DNA of 63,014 nucleotides, counting the filler, from Thraustochytrium aureum (Eukaryota), in NCBI GenBank assembly GCA_012862495.1. It is 6 parts of one record of this genome, joined end to end, with 100 filler letters (N's around TTAATTAATTAA, not from the genome) between each part and the next. Parts side by side here need not be neighbours in the genome. Positions count along the whole stretch, not along the records: positions 22,979 to 41,360 come from BLSG01000029.1; 5 more parts are not named here. The stretch is one strand, 5' to 3'. Below the pieces are notes generated by a model. The model saw nothing but the letters and a program-made list of their open reading frames with translations. It searched no databases and was not told the origin of the DNA. The translations under genes were made by a program, and so were the position numbers. Positions 22,979-35,759 of the stretch are shown here, one piece after another. Position 1 is the stretch's first letter. Every line of letters starts with the position of its first letter.

Positions 22979-23520
22979 CCGTCGACCACGGTAGTGTCCG
23001 TTGGAAAGGGTTGTTGTTCTTATCCATGAACTACGGCTGTGGTATCCGTCGACAACGGTAGTGTCCGTTGGCAAGGGTTGTGATTATTATCCATGAACTA
23101 CGGCTATTTTATCCGTCGACAACGGTAGTGACCATTGACAGAGGTTGTGACTATTATCCATGAACTACGGCTGTTATATCCGTCGACAACGGTTGTGACC
23201 ATTGACAGAGGTTGTGCTTATTATCCATGGACTACGGCTGTTTTATCCGTCTACAACGGTAGTAGCCCATGACAGAGGTTGTGCTTATTATCCATGGACT
23301 ACGGCTGTGGTATCCGTCGACAACGGTAGTGTCCTTTGGCAAGGGTTGTTTTTATTATCCATGAACTACGGCTGTTTTATCCGTCGACAACGGTAGTAGC
23401 CCATGACAGAGGTTGTACTTACTATCCATGAACTACGGTTCGGCTGCTTTATCCGTCGATCAGCGTTTTATCCATGAACTATGGTTGTATCCATGCTCTA
23501 CCGATAGACATAGGTCGACC
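22979..23520. repeat. 67-bp tandem satellite, 7 full copies plus degenerate tail, at scaffold edge
   Basis: CCGTCGACAACGG starts at 22979, 23046, 23113, 23180, 23247, 23314, 23381 (then 23453); lower GC than flanks. Confidence 0.92.
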
Positions 23521-23724
23521 CAGCAGCGCCAACGGTACTCTTTTGTGGTGAGCAGCGCACGCAACGCACCAAGGGCAGGCAGGCCAGGACCAGCGCGCGT
23601 GCAGGCTGGCTTCGGACGCATACGGTGTGCGCGTGGCGCGACAGACGCACGACGCGCTCGGCGCAAGAGCCCAGACGGCCCGGGTGCGTGTGGCCCGGCG
23701 AGGAGCAGAGGTGCATGCCCAGCG

Positions 23725-24879
23725 ATGGAGCGCACGTCCAGCGAAAGGGGCGGGGAGCAGGCAGATGGTCGTGGATTGGGTGGGGTCGGGCCGCAGGATG
23801 ACGAGGCCGAAGCGCTGCCGACGGGCAGGCCGGCGCCCTTTGTCGGGCTCGACCTCACTAATGTAACGTATATTGCCCGCAACCGGAGCACGCAGTCAGA
23901 TGTCATGTCAACCGTGACAACGCTACCCAACCCTGCCATGCTCTTGAAAGAGCGGCCTATCGCAGGACCCCATGGGGCCCCGCGGGAAAGAGAGACAAGA
24001 GAAAAGTCTCTGCCAGTCAGCCTCTCGCTGCCGGCCGCAAAGCTGAACCGCGAACTCGCCACGGAGCGCAAGCTGTTCATGGAGCGACTACATCGCGAAC
24101 GGCTGTTTCGAACGCAGATCGAGGACGGAGCAGCAACCATGATCCAGGGCGTGATGCGCGGCCACCTCGGCCGAAAGGCGTTCCAGCGGAAACTTCAGCA
24201 AAGCCGACCGGAGACAGCTGGCGGCCCTCTCGACCAGCGCGACCTTCGGGTGGAGTCGCAAACACCACCCTCAAACACCTCGCAGCCCAGCAGCAAGGCT
24301 GGCAGCAGCGTCAGCAGCACACCGGCAATGATCGGCAAGAAGCGCCAGCGCGCAGACTGCTCAACTGTGCTCCCGGGAGTACGGTTCAGCTGCACGCCAG
24401 ACTGGGTCTCTGGCAGCACTTGGAGCAGCAAAGACGAAGCTCGTCTGCGCAAGAGCCTTGCGACCATGCAACGCATGACCGAGCGAGTCGCCGGAGACCT
24501 AGGCAGCGCCGCAACGGCAATGTTGCGGCGGCGGAAGCAAGCAGGCCACCAAGGCTACACTGCCTCCAAAAGGAAGCTGCACCACCTCGCCCTGCGCCTA
24601 CAGTGCTTTGTTCGCCGTTTCCTTGCGCGCCGTATGGTCCAAGTGGCCTCGTTGTACCGCGAAGAGGAGCGACAGCGGGACGCCGTTGTGGTGATCCAGT
24701 CCCGGTTCAGGGCGTTTCACGGGCGCCAAGAGCAGCGAAACAAGGAGCAGCACGTGCTGCACGCCGCGGCGACGCGGATCCAAGCGAGCGTCAGGCGCGC
24801 CCTGGACCAGCGCTTCGTGGAGGCGCTCAAGGCCCACCTCGAGCGGGCAGTGTCTGAGCGGGGGGCCGCGATGAAGATG
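23725..24879 (+). CDS. IQ-motif (calmodulin-binding) protein; 3' end in gap
   Basis: AATMIQGVMRGHLGRK, LRLQCFVRRFLARR, VVIQSRFRAFHGRQ, AATRIQASVRRALDQ. Confidence 0.8.
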
Positions 24880-25779
24880 NNNNNNNNNNNNNNNNNNNNN
24901 NNNNNNNNNNNNNNNNNNNNNNNNNNNNNNNNNNNNNNNNNNNNNNNNNNNNNNNNNNNNNNNNNNNNNNNNNNNNNNNNNNNNNNNNNNNNNNNNNNNN
25001 NNNNNNNNNNNNNNNNNNNNNNNNNNNNNNNNNNNNNNNNNNNNNNNNNNNNNNNNNNNNNNNNNNNNNNNNNNNNNNNNNNNNNNNNNNNNNNNNNNNN
25101 NNNNNNNNNNNNNNNNNNNNNNNNNNNNNNNNNNNNNNNNNNNNNNNNNNNNNNNNNNNNNNNNNNNNNNNNNNNNNNNNNNNNNNNNNNNNNNNNNNNN
25201 NNNNNNNNNNNNNNNNNNNNNNNNNNNNNNNNNNNNNNNNNNNNNNNNNNNNNNNNNNNNNNNNNNNNNNNNNNNNNNNNNNNNNNNNNNNNNNNNNNNN
25301 NNNNNNNNNNNNNNNNNNNNNNNNNNNNNNNNNNNNNNNNNNNNNNNNNNNNNNNNNNNNNNNNNNNNNNNNNNNNNNNNNNNNNNNNNNNNNNNNNNNN
25401 NNNNNNNNNNNNNNNNNNNNNNNNNNNNNNNNNNNNNNNNNNNNNNNNNNNNNNNNNNNNNNNNNNNNNNNNNNNNNNNNNNNNNNNNNNNNNNNNNNNN
25501 NNNNNNNNNNNNNNNNNNNNNNNNNNNNNNNNNNNNNNNNNNNNNNNNNNNNNNNNNNNNNNNNNNNNNNNNNNNNNNNNNNNNNNNNNNNNNNNNNNNN
25601 NNNNNNNNNNNNNNNNNNNNNNNNNNNNNNNNNNNNNNNNNNNNNNNNNNNNNNNNNNNNNNNNNNNNNNNNNNNNNNNNNNNNNNNNNNNNNNNNNNNN
25701 NNNNNNNNNNNNNNNNNNNNNNNNNNNNNNNNNNNNNNNNNNNNNNNNNNNNNNNNNNNNNNNNNNNNNNNNNNNNNNN

Positions 25780-26438
25780 CGACGGCCGCGTGGGAGGCCT
25801 TGGCCGACGCGACTCGCGCTGACGCGCTGGCCGAGCTCGGGTACAGCGAGCGAAGCGGGGTCGCGGTATCCGCTTCTGGACTGGTACCCAACGCCCCTGT
25901 CGGGCCCCGCAAATGTTACAAGTGTCACCGCGTTGACGGGACGAGCGGCGGAGCCTGCGCGTACCCCGAATGCGGAAGGTTTGTATGCGGCACCTGCTGC
26001 GAAGTGCTGCCCCGACTGCAGCGCAAGGCCAAGCGAAATGTACAAGATCGTGGCCCCGGCGAGGAAGACGACCCGGAGGATTCGGGCACTGTGACGCTTT
26101 GCTCTCGCTGCGCGCCGAAAACGTCGTACTGCAGGCGCTGCTTGGGCCTTCGGGACAACGCCATGACGCGAAACTGCTTTTACTGTTCGCGCAAGATATG
26201 CCGTTCGTGTGAGAACGCAGTTCTGGGCCGCCGCGGCTCGCGACTGCACTTTCATCAGTGCTACAGCTGCGCCCAGGGCGTCCCAGCCTCCTTTGAGGTT
26301 TGGCAAACGCAGACAATGGGCGCCTACTTGCCGTGCAGGGCACCATTTTGCAACGATGGCCAGGTTTATATGACCATGTCCGGGGAGGAAGAGGCTATTA
26401 TCGCAGAGGCGGTCGCGGCGAGCCAAGCGAAGCGCTGA
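25780..26438 (+). CDS. CxxC-rich zinc-binding protein, C-terminal part
   Basis: CYKC, CGTC, CSRC, CRRC, CFYC, CRSC, CYSC pairs in ORF 25800-26438. Confidence 0.65.
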
Positions 26439-26967
26439 GTCTCATCAATGTCGCTCCGCGGACGACTGTTCCTGGTGTTTTTGAGAGAGAAGGCTGTCCA
26501 GTTTTATTTGCTTGGCGAGCTGGGCGGGGCAGGGCTGCCCTTCTTCGGGTGGAGCGATCTGTGAAGCCAGATATTGCGGCCTGCGCGTTTTCCCCTTTGA
26601 AAGTTTTTAAAAGCGGCCCGGCTCAACCCGTTTGCCTCAAGGCGCGCACCGCGGTGCGGCTCTTCGTGCAGGCAAACGGCACCGTCGTATCCGCCGATTG
26701 GATGTTCAGGACTGCTGAAGGGGACTTCAGTGGCATCGGCTGCCGACCTGCAAAAACTTGACATGAATCAAATCATTTATTTTGAAAAAGAGCCTGTCCT
26801 GTTTCAGGGGGGCTGGCGGCCCATTCCTTGCCTCTTCTCGTCCCTGTTCGCGTCTCCAGTAGCTGTCGTTTGTCTATACGGAGCAGGCTCGACCCCGAAG
26901 CGCCGCTTCGAGTGCCCCGCTGCGCCAAATGCCGACCTCGCCCGTTTTCGAAAGCGAGCCGACCGCG

Positions 26968-27531
26968 TCAAATGTCAAATACATCGTCTTCGCTGTGAAC
27001 GCTCGCCGAAGACTTTTGCCGCTTGAGCTTGGACTCCTCTTGCGCAGGGCCTGGGGCTGCGCGCTTGGCGCTGTTGCCAGCAGGACTAGGTTCGCTGGCG
27101 CTGGCTTCTGCTGCGCCCTCGTCCGGCAATGGAGCCGCACTTGTTTCGGACTCCGCGGCACCAGCAACTTGGTCTCCCGCCTGTTCCGTGAGACCAGCCG
27201 CAGCAGCCGCCTCCCCGCCCTCTCGAGCGATGACACTCTCCAGGGTTTGGAAAAGGTGGCCGCTGCGGATCACCTCTTCCTGAGGCGCTGGTGGCTTGTA
27301 AGGAAAGGGGATGTCGATGCCTTGCGAAAAGTGCCAGCCGGGCGGCGCCGCCGTTGAAAAACTCAGCCGCTGCGCCAACTTTAGCACCTCGGTCGAGTTG
27401 ACGGGGCGGAGCTGGTGCTTGCCGGTGACTTTGCCGAGCAGCGGCTTGGCGGACTCGAACACCTCCTTCTCCACATCTCCTTGGATCTTGCGCAGCGTCT
27501 CCGACAGCGCGAGGATCTCCCTGTCCTTCTC
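26968..27531 (-). CDS. MED4: Mediator subunit 4 (C-terminal part)
   Basis: Coiled coil, then EVLKLAQRLSFSTAAPPGW...PYKPPAPQEEVIRSGHL, typical of Med4. Confidence 0.75.
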   Translation of the reverse strand, partial: EKDREILALSETLRKIQGDVEKEVFESAKPLLGKVTGKHQLRPVNSTEVLKLAQRLSFSTAAPPGWHFSQGIDIPFPYKPPAPQEEVIRSGHLFQTLESVIAREGGEAAAAAGLTEQAGDQVAGAAESETSAAPLPDEGAAEASASEPSPAGNSAKRAAPGPAQEESKLKRQKSSASVHSEDDVFDI

Positions 27532-28215
27532 NNNNNNNNNNNNNNNNNNNNNNNNNNNNNNNNNNNNNNNNNNNNNNNNNNNNNNNNNNNNNNNNNNNNN
27601 NNNNNNNNNNNNNNNNNNNNNNNNNNNNNNNNNNNNNNNNNNNNNNNNNNNNNNNNNNNNNNNNNNNNNNNNNNNNNNNNNNNNNNNNNNNNNNNNNNNN
27701 NNNNNNNNNNNNNNNNNNNNNNNNNNNNNNNNNNNNNNNNNNNNNNNNNNNNNNNNNNNNNNNNNNNNNNNNNNNNNNNNNNNNNNNNNNNNNNNNNNNN
27801 NNNNNNNNNNNNNNNNNNNNNNNNNNNNNNNNNNNNNNNNNNNNNNNNNNNNNNNNNNNNNNNNNNNNNNNNNNNNNNNNNNNNNNNNNNNNNNNNNNNN
27901 NNNNNNNNNNNNNNNNNNNNNNNNNNNNNNNNNNNNNNNNNNNNNNNNNNNNNNNNNNNNNNNNNNNNNNNNNNNNNNNNNNNNNNNNNNNNNNNNNNNN
28001 NNNNNNNNNNNNNNNNNNNNNNNNNNNNNNNNNNNNNNNNNNNNNNNNNNNNNNNNNNNNNNNNNNNNNNNNNNNNNNNNNNNNNNNNNNNNNNNNNNNN
28101 NNNNNNNNNNNNNNNNNNNNNNNNNNNNNNNNNNNNNNNNNNNNNNNNNNNNNNNNNNNNNNNNNNNNNNNNNNNNNNNNNNNNNNNNNNNNNNNNNNNN
28201 NNNNNNNNNNNNNNN

Positions 28216-31200
28216 GTTGGCTCGGCCGCCGCCGCCGCCGCGCGAACGAAGGCTGACGAGGCGGCGCCGGTGCAGATTGCGAAAAGAGGCGCTCGAGCTG
28301 CCGGAGGCCAAGGACAACCCGAGGGCGTTCCTGCTCGCTGGGCGAGCGGCGCTGGGCGCTCGCGACTATGAGGCAGCGGTGCAGTATCTTACCAAAGCAA
28401 CAGAGCTGCAGCCGGACATGATGGTGGCGCTCAAACAAGCTCGCGCAGGCCTTTGAGGAATCTGGCCAGCACGCGCGCTACGCGGCTGTGCGCCAGCGCC
28501 AGGCGGCCCTCGCCAGAGAAAAGGGCAACCCGGCAAAGGCGGCAGAGTTTGCTCTCGACAGGGCCGTCGGACTCGACCGCGCCGCGGCCGCCCGCGACGC
28601 GATTACCGCCTATGATGAAGCGCGTGGCTGCCTCGCCGCGCTGGGCGACCACACGGCAGACGCGCGCATTGCCGAGGCCATCGTGCGGCTGCAGCACGCC
28701 AACGTGTTCACGGACGTCCCTGACACCCTCTACGCAAGAAGCGCAGCGCATCATGTTGCCGCAGTCGTGGCGGCCTTCGACCCCGACGCGCCGATCGAGC
28801 AGGTGCGCCTTTCGCTGCACCAGGTGTGCTTGTCCGTGCTCTGCCTGGCGCGCAGCCGCGCAACGGCCGTTTCGTTTTGCACTCAGGTACGCTCTGCAGC
28901 AGAGCTTTGCCCCGCCGCGTTCACAGATGGCGTGCGCGCGTGGTGCGTTGCAACGTGCGCCATGCTAGCTCTCGAGACAGAGCGTAGCGACCGAGTGGGC
29001 GGCAACGAGATCGCAGAGCTCGCCAGCTCCGCGCTCCGGCGCGCTGCCGAGCTCTCGTCGCCGACCGCCCCGATTGAGTTGGGCCAAGTCGAGTGGCGCG
29101 CCTGGGCCGCCATCGCGGCCTCATTTTACTCGGACGGCGCTCTCGCAGAGGCGCGGCGTGCGAGCGACCTCGCCGTGCTGAGCATGAAGGGTGCCAGGGC
29201 TGCATCTGCGCAAGCCGAGCACAACCTTGAATTGGCGCGCCAGGAAAATGAGAATGCCAAGCCCAAGCAAAAGGTATTCAATCTCGGGGCCGCCATGGAA
29301 GCCGAGACTGACGAGGAGCGCGCTGCCAAGGCCCGTCGAGAGCGGCAAGAGTTGCACTCCAAGGGCACTGCCTCTGCTCGCAGGGCTCTAGCCACTGCAA
29401 CGGCACGCTTGTGGAGAGACCGGGCTCCCTCTTCCTCCGACTCTATGTGTCTGGGGGCTCGCAGGGAAGGGCGCTGGACGCGGCTGCCGCGCTCCGCTTT
29501 TCCCGAGAAGGCCTCGACTGCGCCAAGGCTCTTGCTGAGGCCTTTCCCGGCCTGCTCCCGGGGATTGGCGAGGCTGCCCCAAAGGCGCCAGACGAGTTTG
29601 GTTACGCCGCTGTCGCCGCCGGTCAGAGCAAGCCTGAGCGCGAGCCCGCCCCGGAGGAGGACCGGTCGCTCTGCGTTGCCCATTCCCTCTTGCAGCTCGC
29701 CGTCGAAGCTGCTAGCGCTGGAGCGCTCGCGAACGGGCTTCGCGACNNNNNNNNNNNNNNNNNNNNNNNNNNNNNNNNNNNNNNNNNNNNNNNNNNNNNN
29801 NNNNNNNNNNNNNNNNNNNNNNNNNNNNNNNNNNNNNNNNNNNNNNNNNNNNNNNNNNNNNNNNNNNNNNNNNNNNNNNNNNNNNNNNNNNNNNNNNNNN
29901 NNNNNNNNNNNNNNNNNNNNNNNNNNNNNNNNNNNNNNNNNNNNNNNNNNNNNNNNNNNNNNNNNNNNNNNNNNNNNNNNNNNNNNNNNNNNNNNNNNNN
30001 NNNNNNNNNNNNNNNNNNNNNNNNNNNNNNNNNNNNNNNNNNNNNNNNNNNNNNNNNNNNNNNNNNNNNNNNNNNNNNNNNNNNNNNNNNNNNNNNNNNN
30101 NNNNNNNNNNNNNNNNNNNNNNNNNNNNNNNNNNNNNNNNNNNNNNNNNNNNNNNNNNNNNNNNNNNNNNNNNNNNNNNNNNNNNNNNNNNNNNNNNNNN
30201 NNNNNNNNNNNNNNNNNNNNNNNNNNNNNNNNNNNNNNNNNNNNNNNNNNNNNNNNNNNNNNNNNNNNNNNNNNNNNNNNNNNNNNNNNNNNNNNNNNNN
30301 NNNNNNNNNNNNNNNNNNNNNNNNNNNNNNNNNNNNNNNNNNNNNNNNNNNNNNNNNNNNNNNNNNNNNNNNNNNNNNNNNNNNNNNNNNNNNNNNNNNN
30401 NNNNNNNNNNNNNNNNNNNNNNNNNNNNNNNNNNNNNNNNNNNNNNNNNNNNNNNNNNNNNNNNNNNNNNNNNNNNNNNNNNNNNNNNNNNNNNNNNNNN
30501 NNNNNNNNNNNNNNNNNNNNNNNNNNNNNNNNNNNNNNNNNNNNNNNNNNNNNNNNNNNNNNNNNNNNNNNNNNNNNNNNNNNNNNNNNNNNNNNNNNNN
30601 NNNNNNNNNNNNNNNNNNNNNNNNNNNNNNNNNNNNNNNGCTTGGCGAGTTTTACCTCAAAGAGAAACCAGACGACGCCAAAGCCGCCAGATGCTTCGAA
30701 AAGGCTCTCGCGGTAAGCGCGGCGCGCCCGGACTCGATGCGATCCCTGCTGGCCTTGTACTGGTCGAATGGGCAGCGCACGCTGATGGAGCCGGTCGCGC
30801 GTCGCGCCATCGCTCTAGTCCAGGACCTTTCCCAGCGCGGCAACGCAGTTGGTAGCGAGACGGTCTTTGCTCAAGCTCATTTGGTGGGTTGGTTGTCCCT
30901 GGCTCGCCTGCAACTGCTCGACGGCAAGTTTGCAGATGCTGCTTCAGGATTCCAACGCGCCTTGGCCATCGATCCGGCGTGCGCGAGCTCCTGGCAAGGG
31001 CTTGGCGACGCCTACCTCCGCATGGGGCGCTACACTGCCGCAGCTCGGGCGCTGGAGAGCTCCATCGAGGCGCTCGACTCGGCGCGACCAGCTGGGGCTG
31101 TCCCTTCCCAAGGGGGCCTGATAGCGCGAGCAAGCATGGATTCGAGGCTTACGTTAGGTTCAGACTCGGGCGAGTCCTGGACATAGTGCACGAGCCGGCG

Positions 31201-32239
31201 AAGGCTAGCCTGGAGCTGGAGAGGTCGTATAGGCTGGTGCCGACCGCCGCGACAGCTTGGGCACTGGCCCGGTCGCAGTTCGCTCACGCAAGAGAACTCG
31301 CTACTCAGGCGCGATTTGAGGCCGCCGCTGAACTCGTCTTCCAAGCGCTTGCGCTGCTCGAGCGTGCTCGCAAAGAGGATAAGCGGGCAGCCACGCAGGA
31401 GCCCACAACCTGCGAGCTCGAGCTCGAAGGCGACATCTGGTCTTTCGCAACATGCGCCCTCCCGAATAGCGCGCTCTCAGAGGGCAGGTCGCAGGGATTC
31501 TCCGTAGACCGCGACGGGTGCGACGAGCGGGCGCGCTGGGCCTTTGCGAAGCAAATTCACGCCCGCCCCTGGGCCAGGCGCGGCTGGGCCAACGCGGCCG
31601 CGCATGCCGTGCGCGCCGGCCAGCAGCGCGAACTGAGCGGCAACCGCTCTGCTGCAAAAACGAGCCGACTCGGGCGCTCAGGCCGTCGCGTTTGCGAGAT
31701 TTGTGTGGCGCTTGACCCTGCGGACCCGCACGCCTGGAATGCGCTCGGGTGCTCGCTGATCCTTTCGCTTGAAGGCGGCCATTCTGCGGAAGAGAGGCGG
31801 GTAGCTCAGCTCGCACAGCACTGCCTCGTCCGTCCCTGCAGATCGAGAGCGGGTCCAACGGGGAGGCGTGGCAGAACCTCGCAGCCTTGTTCGAGCTGTA
31901 TGGTCGAGACGGAGCGGCAACTCGCGCTTTGGAGAATGCGCAGGGCGGCGCGTCTGGCCCTGCAACCGCTGTGGCGTGGACCGCTCGCGCCCGCATCGGC
32001 ATGCGTGCAGCCAAAGACGTCACGGCAGCTCTCGAGTGCGCCGTTGATGCGGCAGGCGTTGGCATTCTAGATCCCGCCGCTTTGCAAGCCTGCACCCAAT
32101 TTGCGGCGCACGTTCTCTTTGGCGGCGGGCGGCGGACCTGGGAGGACATTCCCGCCCAGACCTGGGCAGGCCTAGAGGATGTCCTCTCGCGATATGTTCG
32201 GCGCTGTGACGACTCTGCGCTGGGCCAGCTCTTGCTTGG
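28216..32239 (+). CDS. Large TPR protein, SKI3/TTC37-like; gapped, with ~4 frameshifts (~28433, ~29409, ~31141, ~31832)
   Basis: LGEFYLKEKPDDAKAARCFEKALAV, FQRALAIDPACASSWQGLGDAYLRMGRYTAA, AWNALG...LAQHCLVR(S)LQIE...AWQNLAALF. Confidence 0.75.
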
Positions 32240-33183
32240 NNNNNNNNNNNNNNNNNNNNNNNNNNNNNNNNNNNNNNNNNNNNNNNNNNNNNNNNNNNNN
32301 NNNNNNNNNNNNNNNNNNNNNNNNNNNNNNNNNNNNNNNNNNNNNNNNNNNNNNNNNNNNNNNNNNNNNNNNNNNNNNNNNNNNNNNNNNNNNNNNNNNN
32401 NNNNNNNNNNNNNNNNNNNNNNNNNNNNNNNNNNNNNNNNNNNNNNNNNNNNNNNNNNNNNNNNNNNNNNNNNNNNNNNNNNNNNNNNNNNNNNNNNNNN
32501 NNNNNNNNNNNNNNNNNNNNNNNNNNNNNNNNNNNNNNNNNNNNNNNNNNNNNNNNNNNNNNNNNNNNNNNNNNNNNNNNNNNNNNNNNNNNNNNNNNNN
32601 NNNNNNNNNNNNNNNNNNNNNNNNNNNNNNNNNNNNNNNNNNNNNNNNNNNNNNNNNNNNNNNNNNNNNNNNNNNNNNNNNNNNNNNNNNNNNNNNNNNN
32701 NNNNNNNNNNNNNNNNNNNNNNNNNNNNNNNNNNNNNNNNNNNNNNNNNNNNNNNNNNNNNNNNNNNNNNNNNNNNNNNNNNNNNNNNNNNNNNNNNNNN
32801 NNNNNNNNNNNNNNNNNNNNNNNNNNNNNNNNNNNNNNNNNNNNNNNNNNNNNNNNNNNNNNNNNNNNNNNNNNNNNNNNNNNNNNNNNNNNNNNNNNNN
32901 NNNNNNNNNNNNNNNNNNNNNNNNNNNNNNNNNNNNNNNNNNNNNNNNNNNNNNNNNNNNNNNNNNNNNNNNNNNNNNNNNNNNNNNNNNNNNNNNNNNN
33001 NNNNNNNNNNNNNNNNNNNNNNNNNNNNNNNNNNNNNNNNNNNNNNNNNNNNNNNNNNNNNNNNNNNNNNNNNNNNNNNNNNNNNNNNNNNNNNNNNNNN
33101 NNNNNNNNNNNNNNNNNNNNNNNNNNNNNNNNNNNNNNNNNNNNNNNNNNNNNNNNNNNNNNNNNNNNNNNNNNNNNNNNNNN

Positions 33184-34683
33184 CACCTCGGCGCGAAACT
33201 TTTCGGGGATGCCCGTCTCCTCCATCTCCTTGAGGATCTCCGCCTTCTTTTTCTCGACCATGCGCAGAAAGCGCGCGTTTTCGCGCTTGAGGCGCTCCCC
33301 CTCTTCGCGCTTCTCTTGCTCGCGCTGTGCCTTCTCTTGCTCGCGGACCTGGATCTGCTCGCGGAGCTCGCGCTGGTGGCGCGAGTTGGCCTCCTGCTGC
33401 TTGCGCGTAAACTCGTCAATACGGGCTTGAATCTCGGCTGTCTCGCGGTTGATCTTGGCCCACTCTTCTTTGTCGGCGAGAGCGAGGCGCTTGAGTGCGT
33501 CGATCTTGCGCCGCTGCTGCTCCTCGCGGGCCGCCTTGAGCTCCTCAAGCTGCTTGCGCTGCTTCTCGAGGAGTTCGCGCTCCTTGGCGCGCTGTTTGCG
33601 CTCCTGCTCTTGCTGGTGGCGTTTTGCGCGCAGGGCGTCCTGCTCCGACCGGTTGTCCATCGAGCGCTTCATCTGGGAAGCGACCTCGTAGAACTCGCGG
33701 TCCTTGGCCTGTTTAATGGCCTCCTTCTCGCGCTCTAGCTCCTCCTCCTTGAGGCGCTTCTCCTCCTGCCAGCGCAGAATGCGCTCGTCTTCCTCCTTCT
33801 CCTCCTCCCGGCGGCGATGCTTGAGCCTGATCGCGTCCTCGTTTGCGGCCAGGACCTCCTCGAGCAGCTGCTTGCTCTCGACTTGGTGTTTGGCGCGCTT
33901 GTCGCGGGCCTCGGCCTCCTGTCGGCGAATCATGGCCTTCATCTGCTCGCCTTCCTGCTGCAACAGCTCCTCTTCGATGATGCGCTGGCGCTCGCGCTCT
34001 TCGATCTGCACGCGGATCTTCTTGGCGTCCTCGCGGCGCTCCTTCTCGCGCAGCTTGCGCTCTTGGTCGTACCGCTGCAGGTCGCGCAGCCGGTCCACCT
34101 CCATGAGGATGTCGAGGCGCTCCTCGTAGGCCTTCTCCTCGACGGACTTTTGCTGCTTCTCCTCGATCTGTGCCTCGCGGACGCGCGCGCACTGGGCGTA
34201 CATCATCTTGCGGCGCATCGTCTTGATTTGGTCGAGCTGCTCGATGCGCATGTCCTGGGCGCGCGCCAGAGTGTTGTTCAGCTTGACTTGGTCTTCCTCC
34301 TCCTCGGCAGTCAGCATGGTCGTGTTCTTGCGCTCGGCTTCCAGCTGCATCATACGCTCTTTGCGGGCCCGGGCTTTGGCCATCTTCTCCGACCGCTGCT
34401 CGTCTTCGTCGCGCTTGCGCTGCTCGCGCTCGCGCTGCGAGACGATGATCGACCGGGCCTTCATCGCGTCCAGCTGCCGCCGCGTCAGGACCACGTCCGG
34501 CTGCTTGGACTCGTCGTTGTTCTGGTTGCGGGAAGCCGCGCCTTTTTCGCGTTGGTCCCGCATCCTGCTCACGCTATGGTGGTGCTTGGACGCAAACAGC
34601 GACTCGTCCACGCGGCTTCCATTCGCCACGCGCCTGTATCCACGGCTCGACGTGCCGCTGCGCACGCTGCCGCGGTCCGACAT
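33184..34683 (-). CDS. CFAP45: Cilia- and flagella-associated protein 45 (CCDC19); extreme 3' end in gap
   Basis: VDESLF, KARARKERM, EQLDQIKTMRRKMMYAQCARVREAQIEEK, MEVDRLR, DALRAKR, GIPEKFRAEV; trichohyalin-like coiled coil. Confidence 0.88.
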
Positions 34684-34845
34684 GGCCTTGCCCGCACCCT
34701 CTTCCTCCTCGCCGCCTCGCTCGCCAACTCTCGCCACTACGTCCGGCAACCAACCAACCCGCTCGCCGTCACCCACTTCTCTTTCCAAGTGGCCAGTGCT
34801 GCCACCGCCACTACACGAGCGAGCGAGCGAGCGAGCGACGTGCGT

Positions 34846-34965
34846 GCGTCAACTGTTGCGTCAACTGCTGCTGCCGCTGCGTCAACTGCTGCTGCCGCTG
34901 CGTCAACTGCTGCTGCTGCGTCAACTGCTGCTGCCGCTGCGTCAACTGCTGCTGCTGCTGCTGCA
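34846..34965. repeat. Minisatellite GCGTCAACTGCTGCTGCCGCT, ~5-6 copies of 18-21 bp, upstream of CFAP45
   Basis: Direct reading. Confidence 0.85.
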
Positions 34966-35759
34966 CTGGAGCCTCTGCCGCCTCGTCAACGCCATCTGCT
35001 CAGCAAACGACAAACAACAATCATCAAACCAAACAAAACATCCGTTGAATCACACTTTCCGGCGATGCAAAACTCGCCGATTCCGGACCCACCACCACCG
35101 GACCCGCCTTCCTTGTCCTCCATTTTTGCGCCTTTTGGTTGGATTTTGTCGCATTTTTGCGCTTTTTTGCTGGATTTTTGGCTTGTTTTTGGCTTTTTGG
35201 GGGCGCGCAAGCACGACAGACCCACCCGCCAACCGACCGCTTCCCTTCCCGCGCTCTCCGCGCTCTCTCTCGCTCTCGCATTTCGTTTGCTCGCGCTCTC
35301 TCTCTGCCTGGCTGGCTTGCTGGCTGCCTGCCTGCCAGCGCGCTGGAGGATAGAGGCGCGAGCGCAGTGTATCCGTTGGGACGTAGATCCGTTGGACGTC
35401 GTGCCTGCCTGNNNNNNNNNNNNNNNNNNNNNNNNNNNNNNNNNNNNNNNNNNNNNNNNNNNNNNNNNNNNNNNNNNNNNNNNNNNNNNNNNNNNNNNNN
35501 NNNNNNNNNNNNNNNNNNNNNNNNNNNNNNNNNNNNNNNNNNNNNNNNNNNNNNNNNNNNNNNNNNNNNNNNNNNNNNNNNNNNNNNNNNNNNNNNNNNN
35601 NNNNNNNNNNNNNNNNNNNNNNNNNNNNNNNNNNNNNNNNNNNNNNNNNNNNNNNNNNNNNNNNNNNNNNNNNNNNNNNNNNNNNNNNNNNNNNNNNNNN
35701 NNNNNNNNNNNNNNNNNNNNNNNNNNNNNNNNNNNNNNNNNNNNNNNNNNNNNNNNNNN

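Noticed and set aside
22979..23520. CRISPR-like array
   Set aside because: The variable segments are recurring homologous variants rather than unique spacers, there are no cas genes, and the context is eukaryotic
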